A DNA stretch of 64,000 nt from an uncultured Bacillota bacterium (GTDB lineage Bacteria; Bacillota; Dehalobacteriia; UBA7702), in NCBI GenBank assembly GCA_902796855.1, contig CADBQN010000036.1, positions 4,878 to 68,877 of the forward strand, in the 5' to 3' direction. Each line of letters begins with the position of its first letter. Within the stretch, counting starts at the first letter, position 1. The translations under genes and the position numbers were made by a program. The notes beneath the pieces are model-generated. The model did not search any database, was not told where the DNA came from, and saw nothing but the letters and a program-made list of their open reading frames with translations. Below, in pieces: positions 44,704-54,198 of the stretch.

Positions 44704-46445
44704 TACGCGTTCTGGCCTCCTGTATCGGCAAATACAAGCTGGATTCCCTGCTGGCGCCGTTCTTCGTCGTGCTGGAAGTCGTCATGGAGGTGCTGATCCC
44801 CTTCTTGATGGCGGATCTCATCGACAACGGCATCACCGTCGGCGATATGGCCTACATCGAAAAACTCGGCCTGATCCTGATCCTCTGCGCCCTGCTCTCC
44901 CTCGGTTTCGGCGCGCTCTCCGGCTTCTTTTCCGCCCGCGCTTCCGCCGGGTTTTCCAAGAACCTGCGCAAACGGATCTACGACCAGATTCAGGCTTTTT
45001 CCTTCGCCAATATCGACAAATTCTCCACCCCCGGCCTGATCACGCGGATGACGACGGACGTCAACAACGTCCAGCAGGCTTTCACCATGATCATTCGCGT
45101 CGCCGTCCGCAGCCCCATCATGCTGGTGCTGGCCCTCGTCTGTTCCGTCCGCCTCAACGGCGCGCTGTCCCTCGTCTTTCTGGCGGCGCTGCCCATCCTC
45201 GGTGTCGGCCTCTATTTCATCATGACCGGCGCTCACCCCTATTTCACGAAACTGTTTAAAGCCTACGATCATCTGAACACCGTCGTGCAGGAAAACCTCC
45301 GGGCCATCCGGGTCGTCAAATCCTTCGTCCGGGAGGACCACGAAACGGAGAAATTCCACGGCACCTCCGGGGAGATCTATGATTTCGCCACCCATGCCGA
45401 AAAACTGCTGGTGCTGAACAACCCGCTGATGATGTTCGTCGTCTACGGCTCCATGCTGGCGATCTCCTGGTTCGGCGCCCGCTTCATCGTCGCCGGCACC
45501 ATGACCACCGGGGAACTGGTGAGCATGATCACGTACACGATGCAGATTCTGATGAGCCTGATGATGCTCTCGATGATCTTCGTGATGATCGTCATGGCCC
45601 GGGCCTCGGCCATCCGCATCAGCGAAGTGCTGACGGAAGTCCCCGAGCTGGCGAATCCCGCTTCCCCTCTGGAGACCGTCGCCGACGGCAGCGTCCGCTT
45701 TGAGAACGTCAGCTTTGCCTACGCCGGCAAAGGCCACCCCTATTGCCTGAAAAACATCGATCTCACGATCCCGTCCGGCAGCACCGTCGGGATCCTCGGC
45801 AGCACCGGCAGTTCCAAATCCACGCTGGTGCAGCTGATCCCGCGGCTGTATGACGCCACCGAGGGCCGCGTCCTCGTCGGCGGCCGTGACGTCCGCGACT
45901 ACGATATGGAAGTCCTCCGCGACAGCGTCGCCATGGTGCTCCAGAACAACGAGCTGTTCTCCGGCACCATCAAAGAGAATCTGCGCTGGGGCGACAAGGA
46001 CGCCGCCGACGCGGAGCTTGTCGAAGCCTGCGTCCTGGCGGAAGCCGACGGGTTCATCCGCTCTTTCCCCGAGGGCTACGACACCCACATCGAACAGGGC
46101 GGCGCCAACGTCTCCGGCGGCCAGAAGCAGCGGCTCTGCATCGCCCGGGCGCTGCTGAAAAAGCCGAAGATCCTGATCCTGGACGATTCCACCCACGCCG
46201 TGGACACCGCCACCGACGCGAAGATCCGCGCGTCGCTCCGCCGCTGCCTGCCGGAGACGACAAAGATCGTCATCGCCCAGCGCGTGGCCTCGGTGGAACA
46301 GTCGGATTTCATCATCGTGCTGGAAGACGGCGAGATCGTCGCCGCCGGTGACCACGATACGCTGATGAAGACCTCGGAAGCGTATCGGGAAACGGCGCTT
46401 TCCCAGAAGAAAGGAGATGACTTCGATGCCGCCGAAACGCGCTGA
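44700..46445 (+). CDS. ABC exporter, fused permease-ATPase (heterodimeric multidrug-type, subunit 1)
   Basis: A 6-TM N-terminal domain precedes the NBD with GSTGSGKSTLVQLIPRLYD, signature SGGQKQRLCIARALL and Walker B ILILDD. Confidence 0.9.
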   Translation: MIRVLASCIGKYKLDSLLAPFFVVLEVVMEVLIPFLMADLIDNGITVGDMAYIEKLGLILILCALLSLGFGALSGFFSARASAGFSKNLRKRIYDQIQAFSFANIDKFSTPGLITRMTTDVNNVQQAFTMIIRVAVRSPIMLVLALVCSVRLNGALSLVFLAALPILGVGLYFIMTGAHPYFTKLFKAYDHLNTVVQENLRAIRVVKSFVREDHETEKFHGTSGEIYDFATHAEKLLVLNNPLMMFVVYGSMLAISWFGARFIVAGTMTTGELVSMITYTMQILMSLMMLSMIFVMIVMARASAIRISEVLTEVPELANPASPLETVADGSVRFENVSFAYAGKGHPYCLKNIDLTIPSGSTVGILGSTGSSKSTLVQLIPRLYDATEGRVLVGGRDVRDYDMEVLRDSVAMVLQNNELFSGTIKENLRWGDKDAADAELVEACVLAEADGFIRSFPEGYDTHIEQGGANVSGGQKQRLCIARALLKKPKILILDDSTHAVDTATDAKIRASLRRCLPETTKIVIAQRVASVEQSDFIIVLEDGEIVAAGDHDTLMKTSEAYRETALSQKKGDDFDAAETR

Positions 46446-48321
46446 CATATCCGCCGCCGCCATGAAGGAAAAACCCGATATGGCCACGGTCAAACGGCTG
46501 CTGCGCTACGTTTTCGCCGGCGGCTACGGGCCGCGCCTCGGTTTTGTCGTGATCTGCATCATCATGACCGTCGTGGCCTCGGTGGTCTCCTCCCTCTTTA
46601 TCCGCGTGCTCATCGACGATTACATCGTGCCCCTGACCCGGGCCGCCGATCCCGATTTCAGCGGCCTGATCCGGATGCTCTGCGTCGTCGGCGCCGTCTA
46701 CCTCGGCGGCGTCCTCGCCGGGCTGATCTACAACCGCATGATGGTCACCATCTCCCAGGGGATCCTGCAACAGATCCGCGACGATCTCTTCGCGCACATG
46801 CAGACGCTGCCCATCCGTTATTTTGACAGCAACAGCCACGGCGACATGATGAGCTACTTCACCAACGACACCGATACGCTGCGCCAATTCATCTCCCAGA
46901 GTCTGCCGCAGCTCTTCATGTCCTGCCTCACCATCATCATGGTGTTCTGCGCCATGATCTATATGTCGCCGCTGCTCACCGCCGTGGTCGTGGTGATCCT
47001 CGCTCTGATGCTCCTCGTCACGGCAAAAGTCGGCGGGCTCAGCGGCCGCTACTTCTTCCGTCAGCAGCGATCCCTGGCGGACCTCAACGGCTACATCGAG
47101 GAAATGGTCCACGGTCAGCGCGTCGTCAAGGTCTTCTGCCACGAGGAAGAAGCCACGGCGGAATTCGCCGAAAAGAACGAGACGCTGTATAAGAACGCCA
47201 CCACCGCCAATATTTTAGGCAACATTCTGATGCCCATCATCGGCAACATCGGCAATCTCCAATACGTCCTGCTGGCCGTCGTCGGCGGCGCTTTGGCGCT
47301 GAAGGGCGCCGGCGGCCTCACCCTCGGTATCATCGCCTCCTTCCTCCAGCTCAGCAAGAGCATCACCAACCCCGTCGCCCAGATCTCCCATCAGGCCAGC
47401 TTCATCGTGATGGCCCTGGCCGGGGCGAAGCGGGTCTTCCGGCTGATGGACGAGGAGAGCGAGGAAGATCACGGTTACGTGACCCTCGTCCGCGGCCGGG
47501 AAGAAAACGGAACTTTCACGGAGGAAAAGGACGGCGCCTGGTACTGGAAGCACCCCCATCACGACGGGACGCTGACCTACGCGCCGCTGGCCGGTGATGT
47601 CCGCATGTTCGACGTCGATTTTGGCTATACGCCGGAAAAGACCGTCCTCCACGACGTGACCCTTTACGCCTATCCCGGTCAGAAAGTGGCCTTTGTCGGC
47701 GCCACCGGCGCCGGGAAAACGACGATCACCAACCTGATCAACCGCTTTTACGATATTGAGGACGGCAAGATCCGCTACGACGGCATCAACATCAACAAGA
47801 TCCGAAAGCCCGATCTCCGCCGCTCCCTCGGCATCGTCCTCCAGGAGACGAACCTCTTCTCCGGCACCGTGGCGGACAACATCCGCTACGGCCGCCTTGA
47901 CGCCACCGATGAGGAAGTCGTCGCCGCGGCGAAGCTGGCCAACGCCGACGGCTTCATCTCCCGTCTGCCCGAAGGCTACAATACCGTCATCAGCGGCAAC
48001 GGCGAGGAACTCAGCCAGGGCCAGCGCCAGCTCATCGCCATCGCCCGGGCCGCCGTCGCCGACCCGCCGGTGATGATCCTCGACGAGGCCACATCCAGCA
48101 TCGACACCCACACCGAATCCATCGTGCAGCGGGGGATGGATCAGCTGATGAAGGGGCGCACCGTCTTTGTCATCGCCCACCGCCTCTCTACGGTCATGAA
48201 TTCCGACGTGATCATGGTGCTGGAAAACGGACGTATTATCGAGCGCGGCTCCCACGAGGATCTGATCCGCGCGAAAAAGACGTACTATCGGCTCTATACC
48301 GGCGCTTCGGAGCTGGAATAA
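46426..48321 (+). CDS. ABC exporter, fused permease-ATPase (subunit 2)
   Basis: GATGAGKTTITNLINRFYD, signature SQGQRQLIAIARA and Walker B MILDEATS. It overlaps subunit 1. Confidence 0.9.
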   Translation: MPPKRADISAAAMKEKPDMATVKRLLRYVFAGGYGPRLGFVVICIIMTVVASVVSSLFIRVLIDDYIVPLTRAADPDFSGLIRMLCVVGAVYLGGVLAGLIYNRMMVTISQGILQQIRDDLFAHMQTLPIRYFDSNSHGDMMSYFTNDTDTLRQFISQSLPQLFMSCLTIIMVFCAMIYMSPLLTAVVVVILALMLLVTAKVGGLSGRYFFRQQRSLADLNGYIEEMVHGQRVVKVFCHEEEATAEFAEKNETLYKNATTANILGNILMPIIGNIGNLQYVLLAVVGGALALKGAGGLTLGIIASFLQLSKSITNPVAQISHQASFIVMALAGAKRVFRLMDEESEEDHGYVTLVRGREENGTFTEEKDGAWYWKHPHHDGTLTYAPLAGDVRMFDVDFGYTPEKTVLHDVTLYAYPGQKVAFVGATGAGKTTITNLINRFYDIEDGKIRYDGININKIRKPDLRRSLGIVLQETNLFSGTVADNIRYGRLDATDEEVVAAAKLANADGFISRLPEGYNTVISGNGEELSQGQRQLIAIARAAVADPPVMILDEATSSIDTHTESIVQRGMDQLMKGRTVFVIAHRLSTVMNSDVIMVLENGRIIERGSHEDLIRAKKTYYRLYTGASELE

Positions 48322-48346
48322 AACAGAATTAAGGATGATGGATGTT

Positions 48347-48802
48347 ATGGACGCGAAAGATTATCAGGAAAGCTATTTTTCCCTGCTCGCTTTTGAGAAG
48401 AATTTCCGGCAGTTCACCCAAAAAAAGATCGGTGAGACCGATCTGACCCTGTCTCAGCTCATGATCATGCAGTACCTCCACTCCGAGGGCAGCTGCGGCC
48501 AAAAGGAGCTGACGGTGACGTTCAACGCTTCCTCGGCGTCGATGACCGTGGCCGTCGCCCGGCTGGAAGAGAAAGGCTTCATCGTGAAGACCTCCGATGA
48601 GGAGGACAAACGCAACAATATCATCTGTCTCAGCGAGGAAGGGGAAGCGACGCTCCTCGCCGTCCACGCCGCCTGCCGCGGCGCCGCCGTGGAGACCGAC
48701 GCGGAACCCTTTTCCAAAGAGGACCTGCGGCAGCTGAAACGGCTCCAAAACAAGCTCTTTCAGCGCCTTAAGGATGTGGCCGTCGCCGCCGGGGACCTCT
48801 GA
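48347..48802 (+). CDS. MarR-family transcriptional regulator
   Basis: LTLSQLMIMQYLHSEGSCGQKELTVTFNASSASMTVAVARLEEKGFIV. Confidence 0.8.
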   Translation: MDAKDYQESYFSLLAFEKNFRQFTQKKIGETDLTLSQLMIMQYLHSEGSCGQKELTVTFNASSASMTVAVARLEEKGFIVKTSDEEDKRNNIICLSEEGEATLLAVHAACRGAAVETDAEPFSKEDLRQLKRLQNKLFQRLKDVAVAAGDL

Positions 48803-48966
48803 GGAGGGCCGCGCTTTTTCGCCTTTTCGCGGCGGGGCTGTTTTCCGCCGCCGAAGGGGGACGTTTTTGCCGCTTTTTTACGAAATCGCCGCCCCGATTC
48901 CGCCGGAATGATAGACAACGGCACGAATATTATATATAATAAAAAGACAAAGAAGGTCGTATCGCC

Positions 48967-49368
48967 ATGAATTTCGGAGAAAAATTCCGCCGCTTCCTCG
49001 CCGGACGCTACGGCATGGACGCGCTGAACAAAGCCATTTTTATCGTCACGCTGATCCTGTTGGTTCTGCTGTGGTTCTTCCCCAACCGCTTTTTGGAACT
49101 GGCCGTTCTGATCCTGCTGGTCATCGGCTATTTTCGCTTCCTCTCCCGGAACATCCCCGCCCGTTATCGGGAAAACCGGCTGTTCCTTGAAATGACCGGG
49201 AAACCGCGGCGGTTCTTCCGCAAAAGGAAATACCGCTTCGATCAGCGGCAGACCTATCGCTTTTTCCGCTGCCCCAAATGCCGCCAGGAAGTCCGCGTGC
49301 CCCGGGGCAAGGGAAAAATCAGCATCACCTGCCCGAAATGCGGCGAGCGCTTTGTGAAAAAGAGTTGA
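48967..49368 (+). CDS. Small membrane protein with a C-terminal zinc ribbon
   Basis: TM helix IFIVTLILLVLLWFF..LAVLILLVIGYF. CPKCRQEVRVPRGKGKISITCPKCGERF provides two CxxC pairs. Confidence 0.6.
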   Translation: MNFGEKFRRFLAGRYGMDALNKAIFIVTLILLVLLWFFPNRFLELAVLILLVIGYFRFLSRNIPARYRENRLFLEMTGKPRRFFRKRKYRFDQRQTYRFFRCPKCRQEVRVPRGKGKISITCPKCGERFVKKS

Positions 49369-49371
49369 GTT

Positions 49372-50205
49372 ATGTTCGGATATGTCGTCATCCACAAACC
49401 GGAATTAAAAGTCAAAGATCTTGAGACGTATCAGTCCTTTTACTGCGGCCTCTGCGTGGCCCTGAAAAAGCGCCACGGTTTCTTCGGCCGTCTGACATTG
49501 AATTACGATATGACCATGGCGGTGCTGCTCCTCACCGGTCTTTACGAACCGGAGACCGAGGAAAAGCGCTTCCGCTGCGTTGTCCACCCTTCGGGGAAGC
49601 ACGTCGCCAAAACGAACCGTTTCAGCGACTACGCCGCCGATATGAACGTTTTTCTCGCCTATGAAAAGGCCGCTGACGATGTCAGGGACGAGGGGAAACT
49701 CACCTCCCGGCTGGCCGCCGCCGCGCTGAAGCGAAAGGCGGCGAAGGTCCGGGAGCGGTGGCCGCGTCAGACGGCGGCCATCGAGGAGAATCTCGCCGCC
49801 CTCTGCGCGGCAGAACAGCGGGGTGAGACCGATCTTGACGTCCTTTCCGGCTGCTTCGGCCGGATCATGGAGGAGATCTTCGCCGCCGACGCGTCTCTGT
49901 GGGAGAAGGATCTGCGCCGTTTCGGGTTCTTTCTGGGCAAGTTCATCTATCTCCTCGACGCCTATGACGATCTCGCCGCCGACGAGAAGAAAAGCTGCTT
50001 CAACCCGCTGCGGGACGCGGCGAAAGAACCCGATTTTGAAACGTGGATCGGCGGGATCCTCGAAATGATGATGGCCGAGGCCGCCTACGCCTTTGAGATG
50101 CTGCCCATCATCGACCACGCTGATATCCTGCGCAATATTATTTACGCCGGCGTCTGGACAAAGTTCCGGGCCGGAAAAGAGGAAGAACGAAAAATCCATG
50201 AATAA
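49372..50205 (+). CDS. Hypothetical protein (277 aa; DUF5685-like, unverified)
   Basis: [25 protein letters not shown]...; the stop overlaps the start of the J-domain gene (ATGAATAA). Confidence 0.5.
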   Translation: MFGYVVIHKPELKVKDLETYQSFYCGLCVALKKRHGFFGRLTLNYDMTMAVLLLTGLYEPETEEKRFRCVVHPSGKHVAKTNRFSDYAADMNVFLAYEKAADDVRDEGKLTSRLAAAALKRKAAKVRERWPRQTAAIEENLAALCAAEQRGETDLDVLSGCFGRIMEEIFAADASLWEKDLRRFGFFLGKFIYLLDAYDDLAADEKKSCFNPLRDAAKEPDFETWIGGILEMMMAEAAYAFEMLPIIDHADILRNIIYAGVWTKFRAGKEEERKIHE

Positions 50206-50917
50206 AGACCCCTATCAGGTGCTGGGCGTTTCCCGTGACGCCAGCGAGGAAGAGATCAAAAAATCGTACCGAAAACTCTGCATGAAATACCACCCCGACG
50301 CCAACATCAACAACCCCAACAAGGCCGAGGCCGAGGAGAAGTTCAAAGAAGTCCAGCGGGCCTATGAGGCCATCATGAAAAAGGATACCGATCCCTTCAG
50401 CGGTTTCGGCTCCTATGGCGGCGCGTCGTCGTCTTCCGCCGGCAGCGGCGGTTCTTCCTACGGCGGCTACGGCAATTTTGGCGGTTTTGGCGGCTTCGGC
50501 GATTTCGGGAACTTCGGCGGCGGTGAGGAAATGCCGCCGGAACTGCGGGCCGCCGCCAACTACATCCGCAGCGGCTATTATAAAGAGGCCCTCAACGCCT
50601 TGGAGGGCGTCAGCGAGCGCACCGCCGCCTGGTACTATTACAGTGCCCTGGCCCACCGCGGCCTCGGCAACAACGTCACCGCCAGGGATCACGCCGAGCG
50701 CGCCTACCGCATGGAGCCCGATAATTTCCTCTATCAGAATCTCTACCGTCAGACCGCCAACGGCAGCGGCTGGTATCAGACGCAGAGCGGCCCCTATCGC
50801 TCCGCCGGGTTCAGCTGCAACAATTTCTGCCTCGATTCCTGTCTGATGACGCTTTTGTGCAATCTGTGCTGCTGCGGCGGAAGCAATCTGTGCTGCTCCG
50901 CCGGCGGCAACCGTTAA
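50198..50917 (+). CDS. J-domain (DnaJ-like) protein with a Gly/Phe-rich linker and a Cys-rich C-terminal tail
   Basis: J-domain with HPD ([33 protein letters not shown]). [15 protein letters not shown] linker. C-terminal [21 protein letters not shown]. Confidence 0.85.
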   Translation: MNKDPYQVLGVSRDASEEEIKKSYRKLCMKYHPDANINNPNKAEAEEKFKEVQRAYEAIMKKDTDPFSGFGSYGGASSSSAGSGGSSYGGYGNFGGFGGFGDFGNFGGGEEMPPELRAAANYIRSGYYKEALNALEGVSERTAAWYYYSALAHRGLGNNVTARDHAERAYRMEPDNFLYQNLYRQTANGSGWYQTQSGPYRSAGFSCNNFCLDSCLMTLLCNLCCCGGSNLCCSAGGNR

Positions 50918-50955
50918 GCTGTTGATACTGTCCGTCGTTTAAAGGAGGTTTCCGT

Positions 50956-53304
50956 TTGTCTCAGCTGCCGGTACTCATTACGGATATGGCGCTGATCCTG
51001 ATCATCGCCGGTGTCACGACACTGATCTGCAAAAAACTGAAACAGCCGGTAATCATCGGTTACGTCCTCGCCGGGTTCCTGCTCAGCCCGGTGGTGGGCT
51101 TTTTCCCCATGGCCGTCGGCGATACGGAAGAAATCGAGATCCTCGCCGAGATCGGCGTGATCTTTCTGATGTTCGGCCTCGGTCTTGAGTTCAACCTGCA
51201 TAAAATGGCGCAGGTCGGCGTTTCCGGGACGCTGGCGGCGGCGATCCAGATCGTCGGCATGGTGCTCCTTGGCTACGTCGTCGGCCTCGCCATGGGCTGG
51301 TCCGCCACGGACAGCCTCTTCCTCGGCGGCATGCTGTCGATGTCCTCGACGATCATCACCGTCAAGGCCATTGAGGACTGCGGCATGCGGGAGCGGAAAT
51401 TCGCCAATCTGGCCATCGGCACGCTGATCATCGAGGACATCGCCGCCATCTTCCTGATGCTGATCCTCTCGACGGTCTCCGTTTCCCAGGGGGGCAGCGC
51501 CGGCATCGTGCTGACCATCGGCAAGCTCCTCTTTTATCTCGCTTTCTGGCTCCTTTTCGGCATTTTCATCGTGCCGACGGTGATCCGGAAGATCCAGGGG
51601 CTGCTCAACGGCGAGACGCTGCTCATCGTCGCGCTGGCCCTCTGTTTTGTCATGGTGCTGATTGCCGACGCCATCGGCTTCTCCACGGCGCTGGGGGCGT
51701 TCATGGCCGGTTCTCTGCTGGCCGGCACCGGCATCGCCGAAAAAACAGAGGAGCTGATCACGCCCTGCAAGGATCTGTTCGTCGCCGTGTTCTTCGTTTC
51801 CGTCGGTTTCCTCGTTGTGCCTTCGACGCTGGTGGAACACATCGTCCCGATCCTCATCCTCATCGTCGTGACGATCCTCGGCAAGATCCTGCTCCTCGGC
51901 GCCAGCTATCTGCTGACGCGGCAGGACCTCTCCACGTCGCTCCACTGCGCCCTTTCCCAGACCCAGGTCGGCGAGTTCTCCTTCGTCATTGCCTCTCTCG
52001 GTCTTTCCCTCGGCGTCACCGCCGATTTTCTCTATCCCGTCATCGTCGCCGTGGCGCTGATGACGACGTTCACCACGCCGTTCTTGCTGCGGACGGCGCC
52101 GGCGGCCACTTCCTTCCTTGAGAAAAAGCTCCCGGCCAAGGCCGTGACGGCCATCAGGGAACGGAGCCGCGGCGAGGAAGAGGAATCCGCTCCCGACGCG
52201 CCGGAGACCGCGGCGGTCTGGCGGCGTTTCCTGAAGCGCTGTGCCCTCCGGGTGGCGCTCTATACGCTGATCTGCGCCGGCATCATCGTCCTCGGCCACC
52301 GGGCGCTGCTTCCCCTGGCGCTGAATTACTTCCCCTACGGCGCCACGAAGGCTGTTGTCATGGTGACGCTGCTTTTGGCGATGCTGCCCTTTATGCCTCA
52401 GCTGATGGTCAGCCACGATCCGGATTTTACCGCCCTTTGGGTGGACAGCCGCTTTAACAGGCTGCCGCTGACGGTGATCATGGGCATTCGCTGCGCCGTC
52501 GGCATCGGCCTGCTGATGATGGTGCCCATCGCTTTTTACGACCATTTCCACTATTGGCTGCTGCTGCTGATGATCCCCGTGGCCTTCATCGCCTCCCGTT
52601 CCAAGCGGCTGAGGGGGAGCTATCTGACGATCGCCGCCAAATTCATCGCCAACCTGAACGAACGCCAGCTCCACGAGGCCAGCAAAAAGGACACGCTCCT
52701 CTGGGAAGACGAGGATCTTCTCGTCGACACCTACCGTGTCCCCGAGGACAGCGATTTGCTGGGCAGCTCCCTGAAAGACCTGCGCTGGGGGCAGACGATG
52801 CGCCTCAACGTCATCCGTTTGATCCGCGGCAAAAAAATCGACAATCTGCCGTCGGGCAGCGTTTCGCTCCAGGCCGGCGACGTCATTTCCCTCTACGGGA
52901 CGCGCCGCGCCGTGGAGAACTTCCGCCTGATCTACGGTGAGAAAGCCGCGCTCCGCCTCAACGGCGAGGACTGCACCCTCCACCGCTACATCGTCGGCCA
53001 GCAGGACCGCATCAGCGAGCGCTATCAGCTCTACTGCTACGGCACGCTGATTCATAAGGATTCCCCCTTCACCGGCAAGAGCATCCGCGACTCCGGCCTC
53101 CGCAAGGACCGCAGCTGCTTCGTCATCGGCGTGGAGCGGGATCTGCTGCCCATAACGGAGCTGAGCCCCAATTTCATCCTCCGCGCCGACGATACCGTCT
53201 GGATCCTCGGCACGGCGAAGACGATGATCGAGCTGCTGCAGGATGAAGCCGTTGTCTATCACGAGGATAACCGCATCCATCCCCACGATGTCCCCGGGAA
53301 CTGA
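50956..53304 (+). CDS. CPA2-family cation:proton antiporter with two C-terminal TrkA-C (RCK_C) domains
   Basis: 12-13 TM Na+/H+-exchanger fold (LAEIGVIFLMFGLGLEFNL) plus two TrkA-C modules. A TTG start follows an AAAGGAGG RBS. Confidence 0.85.
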   Translation: MSQLPVLITDMALILIIAGVTTLICKKLKQPVIIGYVLAGFLLSPVVGFFPMAVGDTEEIEILAEIGVIFLMFGLGLEFNLHKMAQVGVSGTLAAAIQIVGMVLLGYVVGLAMGWSATDSLFLGGMLSMSSTIITVKAIEDCGMRERKFANLAIGTLIIEDIAAIFLMLILSTVSVSQGGSAGIVLTIGKLLFYLAFWLLFGIFIVPTVIRKIQGLLNGETLLIVALALCFVMVLIADAIGFSTALGAFMAGSLLAGTGIAEKTEELITPCKDLFVAVFFVSVGFLVVPSTLVEHIVPILILIVVTILGKILLLGASYLLTRQDLSTSLHCALSQTQVGEFSFVIASLGLSLGVTADFLYPVIVAVALMTTFTTPFLLRTAPAATSFLEKKLPAKAVTAIRERSRGEEEESAPDAPETAAVWRRFLKRCALRVALYTLICAGIIVLGHRALLPLALNYFPYGATKAVVMVTLLLAMLPFMPQLMVSHDPDFTALWVDSRFNRLPLTVIMGIRCAVGIGLLMMVPIAFYDHFHYWLLLLMIPVAFIASRSKRLRGSYLTIAAKFIANLNERQLHEASKKDTLLWEDEDLLVDTYRVPEDSDLLGSSLKDLRWGQTMRLNVIRLIRGKKIDNLPSGSVSLQAGDVISLYGTRRAVENFRLIYGEKAALRLNGEDCTLHRYIVGQQDRISERYQLYCYGTLIHKDSPFTGKSIRDSGLRKDRSCFVIGVERDLLPITELSPNFILRADDTVWILGTAKTMIELLQDEAVVYHEDNRIHPHDVPGN

Positions 53305-53331
53305 CCGCCGGTCAGAGAAAAGGAGTCCGCC

Positions 53332-53940
53332 ATGTCGAAAAAGAAAACGCGAAACACCAAGGCGAAGATCGTTTCCGCCGCCTGGAAGCTCTTTTACGAA
53401 CAGGGCTACGAGGCCACGACGGTGGAGGAGATCATCGAGGAATCGGGAACGTCCCGGGGATCGTTCTATCACTATTTCGACGGCAAGGACGCCCTTTTGA
53501 GCTCCCTTTCCTTCCTCTTTGACGAGGAATACGAAGCGCTGCGGGAGGAGATCGGCGAGGAGGACGACCCCTTTGAGACGCTGATGTTCCTGAACCGCCG
53601 CCTGTTTCAGATGATCGAGAACCGCGTTTCCCTCGACCTGATGAGCCGTCTCTATTCCACCCAGCTGGTGACGAAGGGCCAGCGCCATCTGCAGGATCAC
53701 AACCGCGTCTATTTCAAGCTCCTCCGGGCCATCGTCGGCCGCGGCCAGGAACGGGGCGTTCTCCGCTCGGACTGGACCGTCAACGAGATCGTCAAGCTCT
53801 ACGCCCTGGAGGAACGGGCCCTGATCTACGATTGGTGCCTCTGCAACGGCGATTATTCCCTCAGCGACTACGCCGCCAAGGTCTTTCCCCGGATGATGGA
53901 GCAGATCCGCAAGCCGGCGGAGGAAAGCGAAGGCCGCTGA
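53332..53940 (+). CDS. TetR/AcrR-family transcriptional regulator
   Basis: HTH: KIVSAAWKLFYEQGYEATTVEEIIEESGTSRGSFYHYFDGKDAL. Confidence 0.85.
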   Translation: MSKKKTRNTKAKIVSAAWKLFYEQGYEATTVEEIIEESGTSRGSFYHYFDGKDALLSSLSFLFDEEYEALREEIGEEDDPFETLMFLNRRLFQMIENRVSLDLMSRLYSTQLVTKGQRHLQDHNRVYFKLLRAIVGRGQERGVLRSDWTVNEIVKLYALEERALIYDWCLCNGDYSLSDYAAKVFPRMMEQIRKPAEESEGR

Positions 53941-54146
53941 ACGCCGCGGCGGAACGTGAAAAAAGGAAGAACGGAAGAAGATGACCGCGTTTTTTCGCGA
54001 AAAATCATCTTCTTTTTATTTTTCTTTTATATTGTCTTTTGTTTGTTCTTGTTTTAAAAAAGATATTTAACAGGTGAAATCAGTTAAAAAACGGGTATTT
54101 TCCCTTGATTTATATGGAATACGTTCTGTATTTTATTCTTGTCCGT

Positions 54147-54160
54147 TGTGTGGTATAATA
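54147..54160 (+). promoter_or_regulatory. Extended -10 promoter (TGgTATAAT) within an unusually AT-rich leader
   Basis: tgtggtataataacgg lies ~45 nt upstream of the symporter ATG. Confidence 0.4.
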
Positions 54161-54198
54161 ACGGAACGCAACAGAAAAAAAGAAGGGGGAACACTTCC

